A stretch of DNA of 35,487 nucleotides from Candidatus Acidiferrales bacterium (GTDB lineage: Bacteria; Acidobacteriota; Terriglobia; Acidiferrales; UBA7541): NCBI GenBank assembly GCA_049694295.1, contig JBAVQT010000513.1, positions 1-35,487 of the forward strand, read 5' to 3'. Both the position numbers and the translations under genes were made by a program. The number at the start of each line of letters is the position of its first letter. The first letter of the stretch is position 1. Below the pieces are notes generated by a model. The model had not been told where the DNA came from, ran no database searches, and worked only from the letters and a program-made list of their open reading frames with translations. This document shows, in pieces, positions 24,571 through 33,334 of the stretch.

Positions 24571-27500
24571 ATGGACCAATCTAACACTCGTACAGCGTCC
24601 GCTCGCGCCTTCGTGCGCAGTCTCAACATCCTGCTCAAGTTCGCCCGCATGTACGATTTCGGGCACCCGCGTACCGCCAGGCAATACGAAACCGCCTGGA
24701 TCGAGCTGCGCACCGCTCTCGGCCCGGATCATGCCAACGACGCCGGCCTGTTGCTGGCCGTTTCCGGCGAGCAACTCCTGCTCGACGGCATTGCGCTCGA
24801 ATCCGCCGCTGCCGAAAAGAGCTTCGCGCGCATGCTCTCTTCTTCGGGCATCGCGAGCATTCACTTTTCGCCGAAGGTTACCCAGGCCAGCCTGGCGCGT
24901 TTTGTGCGCGGCTTCCCCACGGGCACGGGTGCCAAACCAGCGGCCTTGGCAGAGCAGCTCAAGGCTGCGTTGCAGGGCGACAAATCCATCCACGTCAATG
25001 AAGTCTGCTACGTTCCGGCGGATTCGGCCGTGGCAAAATCCACCTTGGCTGCGCAGCTCACCGCGAGAACTCTCGGCATGGGCTCCGCGCAGGCCGATGA
25101 GCTTTTCAGCGATCCTGAAAAGCTGCTGCAGCTGATCGTCGCAGCGGAGGGTACCAAAGGGCCTATTGGCTCGGGTTTAGGATCCGGAAAAGGTTCCGGC
25201 GGCGGCTCAGGGACGGGCTCCGGAGACGGCTCCGGCTCGGGCGGTGGCTTCGGCAACGGCTCCGGCTCGGGCGGTGGCTTCGGCAACGGCTCCGGTGGCG
25301 GCTCGGGGACAGGCTCCGGAAATGGTTCCGGCACGGGCGGCGGCTTCGGCAACGGTTCCGGCGGTGATTCGGGAACGGGATCAGGCTTCGGCAGCTATAC
25401 CGCAGGCGGTGGCTCCGGAGGAAACGGCGGCACTAGTTCAGTCGAACCCGGTGCCGGATCTGGGTCGGGCGGTTCTGGCGGAGGCTACTATGGTCCCGAC
25501 GGCGGATCAGTCCTCCTCAACCATGCGGGCGTCGAAGTTGGCTCCGGCGGTGCGCCAGGTTCTGGCTCAAGCCCTCAGGGCGGCGAAGCAGGTGGCGCTC
25601 CGGGGAATGGCTCATCGGGTACTTGGAACATCGTCGGCGGCAGCGGCGGCGGCACGCCTCTGGATCCCAACGCTGGAGGTTTCTGGCTCAACAAGGATTC
25701 GGGCCAGGGCGGAGGTCAATCTGGCTCGCGCCGGTCTGGCGGAAACGCTCCCGACTCGGGTGGAGTTGGTGCGAGCGGTGAGTTTTCATCGGTGTCTGGA
25801 GAAGGCGCGGGCGGGGCCGGCGGCGCAGTTGGCAGTGGCTCTGGCGCTCCCGGCGGTTTTCGCGGCGCCTCTGGCAGCGGTGGGAGGGATTCAGGACCAG
25901 GACAAGGCTTCGGCGGGCCCGGCCAGCAGGGCCGCGGTGGAAACTCCGGAGGCGGTCCAGGTGGACCGGGAGGACAGGGACCGGGCGGCACGGGAGTCCG
26001 CAATTGGAGAACTCCGAGCGGTGGTGACGACACCGGCTCTGCGGGACGCTGGACCAATGCGACTACCGGCATTCGCGCCAGCCGATCGGCGCGCAGCGGC
26101 GGCACCGGTGCTATGGCTGTTGAAACCGGGCTGATGACCCTGCATCAGGACGAACTGCAGGGTATTTTGCAGATGCTTGCACAGATTGCGCGCACCGGCG
26201 ACAACTCGAAAGAAAAGCTTGATCCAAACGCATTTCAGTCGCGGCTTTCCACTTTGCCGCGTCGCGCGCGCTTCACCGTCAGCCAGGCTCTCTCCGCTCT
26301 TGCGGCTCAGGCCCCCAGCGAATCCGCCGACCAGCCCACGCTATTGAAGCTGGCTGAGCACATCGCCATCCGCTACGCGCTGGAAAGTTACGAGCGCGGC
26401 GACGTGCAAGTGAACACCGTCCGCACCATGCTCGATGACATGAGCCAGGAGCTCGACGGTCTGCGAAAAGTGCTGGGCGTGTACGAAGAAAAGATGACGC
26501 GCGCGGGCATTCACGTGGAATCACATGTGGATCTGCTGGCGCAACAATTTTGGGCGCAAGTTACCGACGAAAAAAAGAAAGCGGTGCTCGAGTCGCCCGA
26601 TGCATGGTGCGTTCCGCCGCAGAAGTTGCGCGAATACGTCGAGCAATTGCTGACCAGCGGACAATCCGCGCTGGCCGAGAATATCCTGGGGAACTACGCC
26701 AGCTGCGTCACCTCCAAATCGGCGGAATCCCGCCGCCAGGCTGCGCTGGGAATTTCCGAAATCGCGGGACTCTTTGCGAAGTGCAGCGATCGCTTGCTGA
26801 TTGCCACGATCCGGCAGACGGGTGTGCAGCTCGCCGAAGAGCGCGACTCCGAATTGCAGAGCCTGGTCGGCGCGGCCTTTGTCCGCCTGACGCAGGAAGC
26901 CACGAAGAAACGCGTGTTTCCCGCTCTTCAACGCGCGATGGAGCTGGTGGACTACGTGGAATCCGAACGGCCCGGCGTCGGCAAGAGCCTGCGTCCGCGG
27001 CTTTCCGTGGAAAATCGCCTCCCCGAATTTATTGACGAATCGTTGCGCAGCGGCTCCGTGCCCAGCGGTCTAGCCGATCTGCTTCGCCGCATTCCCGGGC
27101 CCGCCACCCAGCAGATCGCGCTGCGATTCAGCCGCACCGGTTTCCGCGAGGAGTGCGAGCTGTTGGTTTCCATGATGCAGGTACTCGGCGCGGACGGCTT
27201 GGAACTGCTGCGCAAACAACTGCGCAATGGCAGCGCCAACGAAGCGATTGACGCCATCGGATTGCTGGCGCGCATGGATCTGGAAGGCCTCGAACAGACG
27301 TTGCCGGTGCGCATGAAGGAATGGAGACGCACCTCGCATGATCGCGTGGTGCGGCAAATTGCCGCCAGCGGCGCGCCCGAGCGCGGCCGGCTGTTGCTCG
27401 AGCTTTTCGACCACATGGACGCGCTGATTCGTCCGCTGGCCGTGGATGAAATCGGACTGAGCGGCGAAACGGGCGCGGACATGCGCCTGGTGCGCCTGGC

Positions 27501-28155
27501 CGAAGGCGATATTCCCAAGGACGCTACCGACTATTTGCGGCTCAAAGCCATCGAGGCTCTAGGCCGGCTGCGCACCGGCGGCGCCGAAGCCGTGCTACGC
27601 AAGGTTGCCGAAGCGCGCAAAGTATTCGGCTGGGCCAGCCCCGGCGAATTGCGCCTGGTCGCCGCGCAAGCCATGGAGAAGATCGATCCGGATTGGGTGA
27701 AAAGTTTCATGCCGCGAAGCGGCCTGAGCATCGCCGATCTGGTCATCGAGCCGCTCGATGCCGACCCGAAATCTTCGGCCATCCGCCAGCGTCGTTACGC
27801 GCGCATGCGGCTCGAGCATCCGGTGGTTGCTACCACCACGAACCTGAAAGAAAATTGCCGCCTGGAGATTCCGGAAATGACGCTGGGCGGAGGCGTGGCA
27901 GTCTGCGAGCAGAGCTTGCACCCCGGCACGATCATCGGGCTGCGCATGAACACCGCGCAAAAGTCGGTGAAGGCTCAGACCATCGTGCGCGATGCAAATA
28001 CACAGGCGCGCGCGTTTGAAGTAGTGGACATGGACCTGGAAGAGCGCGCCAAACTGCGTAAGCTATTGGTGCAGCTCGGTAATCTGCAGAAGCAATCCAC
28101 GCCCGCCGAACGCAACCGGCGCGGCACGCGCACGATTCTCTCGACGCCTACTTAA
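24571..28155 (+). CDS. 1194-aa multidomain protein: unknown N-terminal domain, Gly/Ser-rich low-complexity tract, HEAT-like helical repeats, C-terminal PilZ-like domain
   Basis: Single uninterrupted ORF. HEAT-like stretch LRLKAIEALGRLRTGGAEAVLRKVAEA...ELRLVAAQAMEKI. C-terminal RQRRYAR (RxxxR), then 23 aa, then EMTLGGG (compare the PilZ motif D/NxSxxG), followed by a beta-rich segment. No TM helix or signal peptide seen. Confidence 0.8.
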   Translation: MDQSNTRTASARAFVRSLNILLKFARMYDFGHPRTARQYETAWIELRTALGPDHANDAGLLLAVSGEQLLLDGIALESAAAEKSFARMLSSSGIASIHFSPKVTQASLARFVRGFPTGTGAKPAALAEQLKAALQGDKSIHVNEVCYVPADSAVAKSTLAAQLTARTLGMGSAQADELFSDPEKLLQLIVAAEGTKGPIGSGLGSGKGSGGGSGTGSGDGSGSGGGFGNGSGSGGGFGNGSGGGSGTGSGNGSGTGGGFGNGSGGDSGTGSGFGSYTAGGGSGGNGGTSSVEPGAGSGSGGSGGGYYGPDGGSVLLNHAGVEVGSGGAPGSGSSPQGGEAGGAPGNGSSGTWNIVGGSGGGTPLDPNAGGFWLNKDSGQGGGQSGSRRSGGNAPDSGGVGASGEFSSVSGEGAGGAGGAVGSGSGAPGGFRGASGSGGRDSGPGQGFGGPGQQGRGGNSGGGPGGPGGQGPGGTGVRNWRTPSGGDDTGSAGRWTNATTGIRASRSARSGGTGAMAVETGLMTLHQDELQGILQMLAQIARTGDNSKEKLDPNAFQSRLSTLPRRARFTVSQALSALAAQAPSESADQPTLLKLAEHIAIRYALESYERGDVQVNTVRTMLDDMSQELDGLRKVLGVYEEKMTRAGIHVESHVDLLAQQFWAQVTDEKKKAVLESPDAWCVPPQKLREYVEQLLTSGQSALAENILGNYASCVTSKSAESRRQAALGISEIAGLFAKCSDRLLIATIRQTGVQLAEERDSELQSLVGAAFVRLTQEATKKRVFPALQRAMELVDYVESERPGVGKSLRPRLSVENRLPEFIDESLRSGSVPSGLADLLRRIPGPATQQIALRFSRTGFREECELLVSMMQVLGADGLELLRKQLRNGSANEAIDAIGLLARMDLEGLEQTLPVRMKEWRRTSHDRVVRQIAASGAPERGRLLLELFDHMDALIRPLAVDEIGLSGETGADMRLVRLAEGDIPKDATDYLRLKAIEALGRLRTGGAEAVLRKVAEARKVFGWASPGELRLVAAQAMEKIDPDWVKSFMPRSGLSIADLVIEPLDADPKSSAIRQRRYARMRLEHPVVATTTNLKENCRLEIPEMTLGGGVAVCEQSLHPGTIIGLRMNTAQKSVKAQTIVRDANTQARAFEVVDMDLEERAKLRKLLVQLGNLQKQSTPAERNRRGTRTILSTPT
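25228..25287 (+). repeat. Perfect 30-bp in-frame tandem duplication inside the Gly-rich tract (encodes GSGSGGGFGN x2)
   Basis: Read directly: 25228-25257 equals 25258-25287. Identity extends to 40 nt at a 30-nt offset (25226-25265 vs 25256-25295). Further degenerate GGGFGNGSG copies follow. Confidence 0.95.
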
Positions 28156-28159
28156 AGAT

Positions 28160-29341
28160 TCAAAGTCCTTCGACCGAGCGCCTTTGTTCCGCGGGGCCGC
28201 GCGAAGCGATGCGCTCGCCGGGCTTCGTTTCCAACCCTTCCTGCGCTCGCAGCGCGCCCAGGTGAATCATCCATGCGCCCAGCGAGCACGCGCTCGCCCC
28301 AAATCCAGCGAGCGAAACATCCGTTCCGAACCGCAATCCAGTCCATGCCACGAGAGCTAGTCCAGCCGCGATTCCATAGCAGAGTAGCGCGACGTTACGC
28401 TGGCTCCAGCCGCGGTCCAGAAGCAGATCGTAGAAATGGCTGCGATCGCCGCGAAAGGGCGAGCCGCCCCGCAACAGGCGCCGCAGGATCGCCAGCGTCG
28501 CATCCGTCAGCGGCAGCAGCGCGATGCAGAAAGGGAAGAGAAGCAATTCCACTGCGCGCGATTGGGCCGCGAATATCGAATGAACCGAGGTGCCTGCCGC
28601 AAGCTCTGTCGCGCGCCAAAAGTCGAGGCTTAGAAACGCGACGGTGAAGCCCAGAACCGTGCTCCCGCTATCGCCCAAAAAGATTTTCGCCGGCGGAAAA
28701 TTCCACAGCAGAAATGCCGCACACGCCGCCGTCAACGCCGCCGAGACGGCCGCGATCGGAAGCGTGATGGCGCCGTGAAGCGCAACCAAATAACCGGCGC
28801 CGGCAATGCCGGCCACACCCGCGGCCAGCCCATCGGCGCCATCGAGAAAATTGAACGCGTTGGCAAATCCCACCACGAACAAACACAGCGCCGCGAGACC
28901 CAGCGCGGAATCCCCGGTGAACGGAATGCGCCATCCCCCGTGCCAAAGCATCGCCGCGGCTCCGACTTGTGCCGCGAAACGCACCAGCGGTGAGAGTCGC
29001 CGAACATCATCGGCCACTCCTGCGGCCCACACTACAAAAAATGCCGCGAAGAATGGCCACCATGTGGGCATCCACGACTGTGAGGGTGAAATGCCCCCCC
29101 ACGCCGCGCCCAGCGCGATGCCCAATGCCAGCGCCGGTGCCATAGCCACGCCGCCAAGCCGTGGCGTGTTTCTCGCATGTATTTTCAGAGGTCCCGCCGG
29201 GTCAAAATGTTTCCAGCGCGCGCAGAGCCGAATGACGACAGGCAGCAACAGTGACGCCGTCGCAAACGCGACGAATGCTGCGATCCACTCGGAGCGGTTC
29301 GGCGATCCCTGGCTTAGTATCTGGTCGATCGCTGTGGTCAT
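28160..29341 (-). CDS. Polyprenyl-phosphate sugar-1-phosphate transferase (GT4 MraY/WecA family), likely initiating enzyme
   Basis: Polytopic membrane protein with NAFNFLDGADGLAAG (the family's NxxNxxDGxDGL motif). Its ATG overlaps the upstream stop (ATGA at 29338-29341). Confidence 0.88.
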   Translation of the reverse strand: MTTAIDQILSQGSPNRSEWIAAFVAFATASLLLPVVIRLCARWKHFDPAGPLKIHARNTPRLGGVAMAPALALGIALGAAWGGISPSQSWMPTWWPFFAAFFVVWAAGVADDVRRLSPLVRFAAQVGAAAMLWHGGWRIPFTGDSALGLAALCLFVVGFANAFNFLDGADGLAAGVAGIAGAGYLVALHGAITLPIAAVSAALTAACAAFLLWNFPPAKIFLGDSGSTVLGFTVAFLSLDFWRATELAAGTSVHSIFAAQSRAVELLLFPFCIALLPLTDATLAILRRLLRGGSPFRGDRSHFYDLLLDRGWSQRNVALLCYGIAAGLALVAWTGLRFGTDVSLAGFGASACSLGAWMIHLGALRAQEGLETKPGERIASRGPAEQRRSVEGL

Positions 29342-30498
29342 CCCATCACCTTGTGAACCAATCGGCGGACGTGACGCATCCGCACGCGGCCGGCTTTGCG
29401 GACTAGGCCGCGAATGCCGGCCTGCCGAAACGCGGTCCGCGCGTCGCGCAGGTGCAGGGCCATCATGCCCTGCGCCATGTCATCGTAGAACAATCGCGCG
29501 TACGATCCATCGGAGACTTCTGCCGAAAGCGCTTGTGCTCGGCGCAGAATCGCATCGGCTAGTGCGCCTCTCGCCGCGGCGCCGAATCCGCCGGCATCAA
29601 GCGTGATGGCTCGCGCTTGTAATTGCGCGAGCCATCCTTGCGGCGTCAGACCCGCGACGATGACTAATCCTTCGGCCTCCGCGGCTGATGAAACGTAGCC
29701 TGAGGCCAAGCTGCCGAGCCCGTAGAAACAGTATGACGGCGAGGGGCCGCGTCCTGCGATTTTCCTCCAACCGCTGATGCGATGCGAGTGCGAAGCCGCG
29801 ACCACGTCGAAGCCTTTTTCCGCGAGCGAGTCCATCAGCCGCACATCTTCGGGTTCTGGGCGATTGGTGCGCAGGCATCCGGCGTGCAGCAATGCAATGC
29901 GAAATCGCGCGCCGCGCAAATTCATGGCCGCCAGCGCTTGCTCGCCGCGCTCGATGGTGGCCGGCTCCACGCCCGGCGCTTCAGGCGTGGCCAAATCGTG
30001 CGTCGCCCGCGCCGCGGCCCAGAACCCGATCCGAATGTCGGCAGGACCGCGCCATACGCAAATTTCCGGCGGATCGGCGAGCTTGCGCCCAGCGCCCAAT
30101 GGAGTCATCGCGCGGCGCTCAATCTCAGTGCGCGTAATGGCGGCGCCTGTCGGGCCAAAATCGTAGCTGTGATTGTTGGCGATGCCAACGGCGCGCGCCT
30201 GAATCACCGCGAGATAGTCGAGCGCTACCGCTGGCGCAGAGACGATGTCGCCGATCCCGTTCAACGTGCGCGCCGCCAGGCCCTCCGCGCCGAGGACGCA
30301 CTCGAGATTCACGAATGACGCTATCACGTCCTCAAAGTGCGGAAGGATTGCCGCGGCAGCCTTGGACCAATCGCTCGTTGCGTTCGCGGCGATTCGTCCC
30401 GCTGGAAGAAAATCTCCGCACACGGCGATGCGCGCGGCGATCGCCGGGCGATCTGTGGACTCCCACACCACCATTTCGCCTTCGTTTGCGCTACGCAT
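29338..30498 (-). CDS. CapA / PGA_cap-family metallophosphoesterase-like protein
   Basis: VCGDF, NLECV, IANNHSYDFG, ALLHAG and AASHSHR follow the order of CapA-family motifs. It overlaps the upstream gene by 8 nt. Confidence 0.8.
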   Translation of the reverse strand: MRSANEGEMVVWESTDRPAIAARIAVCGDFLPAGRIAANATSDWSKAAAAILPHFEDVIASFVNLECVLGAEGLAARTLNGIGDIVSAPAVALDYLAVIQARAVGIANNHSYDFGPTGAAITRTEIERRAMTPLGAGRKLADPPEICVWRGPADIRIGFWAAARATHDLATPEAPGVEPATIERGEQALAAMNLRGARFRIALLHAGCLRTNRPEPEDVRLMDSLAEKGFDVVAASHSHRISGWRKIAGRGPSPSYCFYGLGSLASGYVSSAAEAEGLVIVAGLTPQGWLAQLQARAITLDAGGFGAAARGALADAILRRAQALSAEVSDGSYARLFYDDMAQGMMALHLRDARTAFRQAGIRGLVRKAGRVRMRHVRRLVHKVMG

Positions 30499-32068
30499 TC
30501 TTTGCTCCCGCTGGAATTCGCGCGAACGCCCATTGCATCAGCCGCTTGCGCATCGGATGCATCCACATCGGCGTCGCCACAATTCCCAGCAGCCCGGCCG
30601 TCAGCGCGAGGGCGCTCCAGGCGGGCACGGCGGCGTGGCCGATGAAAGCCCGGAAAAGCGGGAAGCAGAGCGCCACGCCAGCCGCGCTGGTGGCCGCAAT
30701 TCGCGCGCTATCGGGCGGCCAGAGTTCGCGCAATGAAATTCGATTTTCGGCGTGATAGGCGAACAGGACGATCGTGTAGCCGATCGCCAGCGAGGATGCG
30801 GCCGCGATGGCCACGGCCATCCCGCCGAAATATTTTCCCGCGAAATATCCCAGGACCAAGTTCAAAATTCCGGTTGTCGCGCATCCCGCGGTTACCCAAC
30901 GCAGCCGGCCCGTGCCAAGGTCCATTACATAAGCGGGATTGGCGAGAATATTCACCAGCCAAGCCGCCGCCAGCAGCGCCACCAGATGCACGAATACCGG
31001 CTCGTACCGGCCCAGCCAGATGTGCGATACCACGGGGCTGAGCGCCACCAACACGGCCGATGCCGGCACCGACAGGAAAAAGATCAGCCGGTAAGAGTCT
31101 CGGTAGATTCGCGGCAGAGCGGCGGGATCGCGTTCCTGCAGATTCGCGACCGTGGGCACGAGCACCTGATTGGCTTGCACGATCAGCTCGCGAAACGTGA
31201 TTACCCAGCGCATGGCCATGTCGTAAAAACCAGTCATCGCCAGCCCGCCGAATTTCGCGAGCAGCGCCTTGGTCACCGGTTCGCGCACGGATTGGCCTGC
31301 GGTGATGAACTGAAAGTGAGCGCCGTAGTGAAGCATTTCTTGAAACAAGACGCGATTGAAGCGACGCGGAATCAGCGGCAAACCGGGAATGCGGCGCCGC
31401 AGCAGCAGCCAGCCGGCCGCGAATCCCGCGCCGGCGTTGATCACCTGTGCGTAGGCCAGTCCGAGCAACCCGTGCCGCGGCACCAGCGCGAATGCCAGCA
31501 AGAGATAGAGCACCGAGCCTCCGAAAACCACGTAGTTGCGGTGCGTCACCAGTTCGTGGCCCGCCAGCCCCGCTTGCAGCACGCTGGCGAGAATATTGAT
31601 CCATAGCGAAATCAGCGCGCATGGCAGAATCGCCACAGCTTCGGAAAGATGCGTGCCCGGCAAGATGAATTGCAGCGCCCATTTCGCGGCGGGGTAGAGG
31701 CCGAGCGAAAGAATTGCGAGCGCCGCGCCGATGGAGATCAACGCCGTTTGCACCAGCACGGAAACGCGCTCCGGCTCCTCGCGGGCCACATATTTCGCGA
31801 CGAATTTCACGATGCTGGTCGAGAGACCTTGATTTGCGAGCGTCACCACCGAGGTGGTCGCCAGCACCAGCGACCAGACTCCCAGCCGCTCGACGCCGAT
31901 CGTACGAATCAGGAAGCGATACAGCAGAAACAAAGCCGCAGCGCTGCCGATCACCTGAGCGAAGGTGGTGGCGGCGTTCAGCAAGATCTGTTTGCGATTC
32001 ATTGGGGAGGGCAGGAAGAAGCGTGCGGCAGCACTCAAGAAACGCGTGGAAAAAGCAATCTGAAACAA
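30491..32068 (-). CDS. Wzx-type oligosaccharide flippase (MOP superfamily polysaccharide biosynthesis protein)
   Basis: Polytopic membrane protein of roughly 500 aa. Its N-terminus (NRKQILLNAATTFAQVIGSAAALFLLYRFLIRTIGVERLGVWSLV) is typical of the family. The start is either the TTG at 32068 or the ATG at 32002 (MNRKQ...); neither has a clear SD. Confidence 0.8.
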   Translation of the reverse strand: MFQIAFSTRFLSAAARFFLPSPMNRKQILLNAATTFAQVIGSAAALFLLYRFLIRTIGVERLGVWSLVLATTSVVTLANQGLSTSIVKFVAKYVAREEPERVSVLVQTALISIGAALAILSLGLYPAAKWALQFILPGTHLSEAVAILPCALISLWINILASVLQAGLAGHELVTHRNYVVFGGSVLYLLLAFALVPRHGLLGLAYAQVINAGAGFAAGWLLLRRRIPGLPLIPRRFNRVLFQEMLHYGAHFQFITAGQSVREPVTKALLAKFGGLAMTGFYDMAMRWVITFRELIVQANQVLVPTVANLQERDPAALPRIYRDSYRLIFFLSVPASAVLVALSPVVSHIWLGRYEPVFVHLVALLAAAWLVNILANPAYVMDLGTGRLRWVTAGCATTGILNLVLGYFAGKYFGGMAVAIAAASSLAIGYTIVLFAYHAENRISLRELWPPDSARIAATSAAGVALCFPLFRAFIGHAAVPAWSALALTAGLLGIVATPMWMHPMRKRLMQWAFARIPAGAKNA

Positions 32069-32083
32069 AGATCGAATTAGGGC

Positions 32084-33334
32084 TTAGGCAGCGGGCGAAT
32101 GCTTGCGGACGGGTTTCCACTGGCCAGTCGATCCGCCGGCCACGCCCTTCAAGGTGCCCAGCAGCGCCGCCAGATTGACGATGCAAAAAGAGAGCGGTAC
32201 TGACCATAGCCCGCGCAGGCTGCGGCTCTTCGGAAACTCCTGCAACAGAAAACCAACCAGCGCGAGGGCGTAAAATGCACTTTGCGCGGCCAGGGTGACG
32301 CGAAAGATCGGCCGATCCAACAAGAAACAATTCGCCACGAAAAGAGTAATCAGAAAATATGGCATCAGCCAGCGCAGCATCTTGTGCGACCAGAGAGCGA
32401 TGGCCAGCGCGCCGTGGCGAAACGGATTGAGCAGCGCCGCATGCGCGCAAAGGCCGCGAAAATCCTTGCTGATGATCCGAGTCTTCAATCTCAGCATCGA
32501 ACGCGGGTCGCTCTGCGTCAGCCTCGTGACGACGGATGCGCGCACGTCGAGAACGTTTTGAAATCCGGCAGCCGCCACGCGCAACGGCAAGACAAGATCG
32601 TCGCCCAGGCCGGCTTCGAGAGGCGCCCATAGCTCTCGGCGGATAGCGAAAAGCGAGCCCGACGCTATGGCCAGAATGCCGCGCACGCTTTCCTGCTCGC
32701 GCAGCCAGCTCTCGTAGGCCAGATAGATGCTTTCGTTTTCGGTGATGGCCGTTTCGTTCGCGTTCTGATAGCGAGGCCGCGCCGTCACCAGCCCCACGCC
32801 CGGATCTCCGAGATTTTCCAGCAGCAGCGGCAGTGCGTCGGGCGGCGAAATGCAGTCGGCGTCGGTGAACACTAGAATCGAACCGCATGATGCGGCCACC
32901 AAGCCGTTCTGCATCGCGCTTTTCCCCTGCTGCTGTGGAAAAGAGATTAGCCCAACACCGTCATTTGCAAACCGGCGCACCACGTCCTCGGTGCGGTCGG
33001 AAGAGCCGTCGCTGCCGATCAGGATCTCGACGCGCTCGCGCGGATAGTCCGCGGCAAGCAGGCTCGCGATTTTTGCCTCGATCGCGAATTCTTCGTTGTG
33101 CGCCGCCACGATGATGCTCACGAGCGGGGCCGCTTCGCCCGATGCGCCTCGCATCGTATTTTGCTCGGGTTTGCCCCGCGGTAAGGGGCGCCTGTGCCCG
33201 AGCCACCCCAAACGGAGCAAAAGCGGGTAGCCTAAATACACGTAGAGCACGACTGCGGCGCAGGTCCAGAAGAGAACCGTCAACGCGCCCGCCGGGGCTT
33301 CACATCGCCGCCGCTGCGGCCGCCAGGCGCGCAA
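32084..33334 (-). CDS. Membrane-anchored family-2 glycosyltransferase (synthase-like topology)
   Basis: VSIIVAAHNEE, GSDGSSDRT, VFTDADC and GDDLVLPLR. An N-terminal TM helix and several C-terminal TM helices flank the GT-A domain. The annotated start overlaps the upstream gene by 35 nt. Confidence 0.88.
   Translation of the reverse strand: MRAWRPQRRRCEAPAGALTVLFWTCAAVVLYVYLGYPLLLRLGWLGHRRPLPRGKPEQNTMRGASGEAAPLVSIIVAAHNEEFAIEAKIASLLAADYPRERVEILIGSDGSSDRTEDVVRRFANDGVGLISFPQQQGKSAMQNGLVAASCGSILVFTDADCISPPDALPLLLENLGDPGVGLVTARPRYQNANETAITENESIYLAYESWLREQESVRGILAIASGSLFAIRRELWAPLEAGLGDDLVLPLRVAAAGFQNVLDVRASVVTRLTQSDPRSMLRLKTRIISKDFRGLCAHAALLNPFRHGALAIALWSHKMLRWLMPYFLITLFVANCFLLDRPIFRVTLAAQSAFYALALVGFLLQEFPKSRSLRGLWSVPLSFCIVNLAALLGTLKGVAGGSTGQWKPVRKHSPAA

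Noticed and set aside
25008-25352. Minus-strand 'PEPxPEP' repeat ORF and the +2-frame Ala/Arg-rich ORF at 25244-26134
   Set aside because: Both are alternative readings of the GGC/TCC-type repeat DNA encoding the Gly/Ser tract. The Gly frame is continuous with well-formed flanking domains.
30708-32888. 726-aa minus-strand ORF, the longest alternative frame in the operon
   Set aside because: It is out of frame across two genes (flippase and GT2) that each show clear family motifs and membrane topology. Its own sequence is dominated by Arg, Ala and Gly with no hydrophobic segments or motifs.
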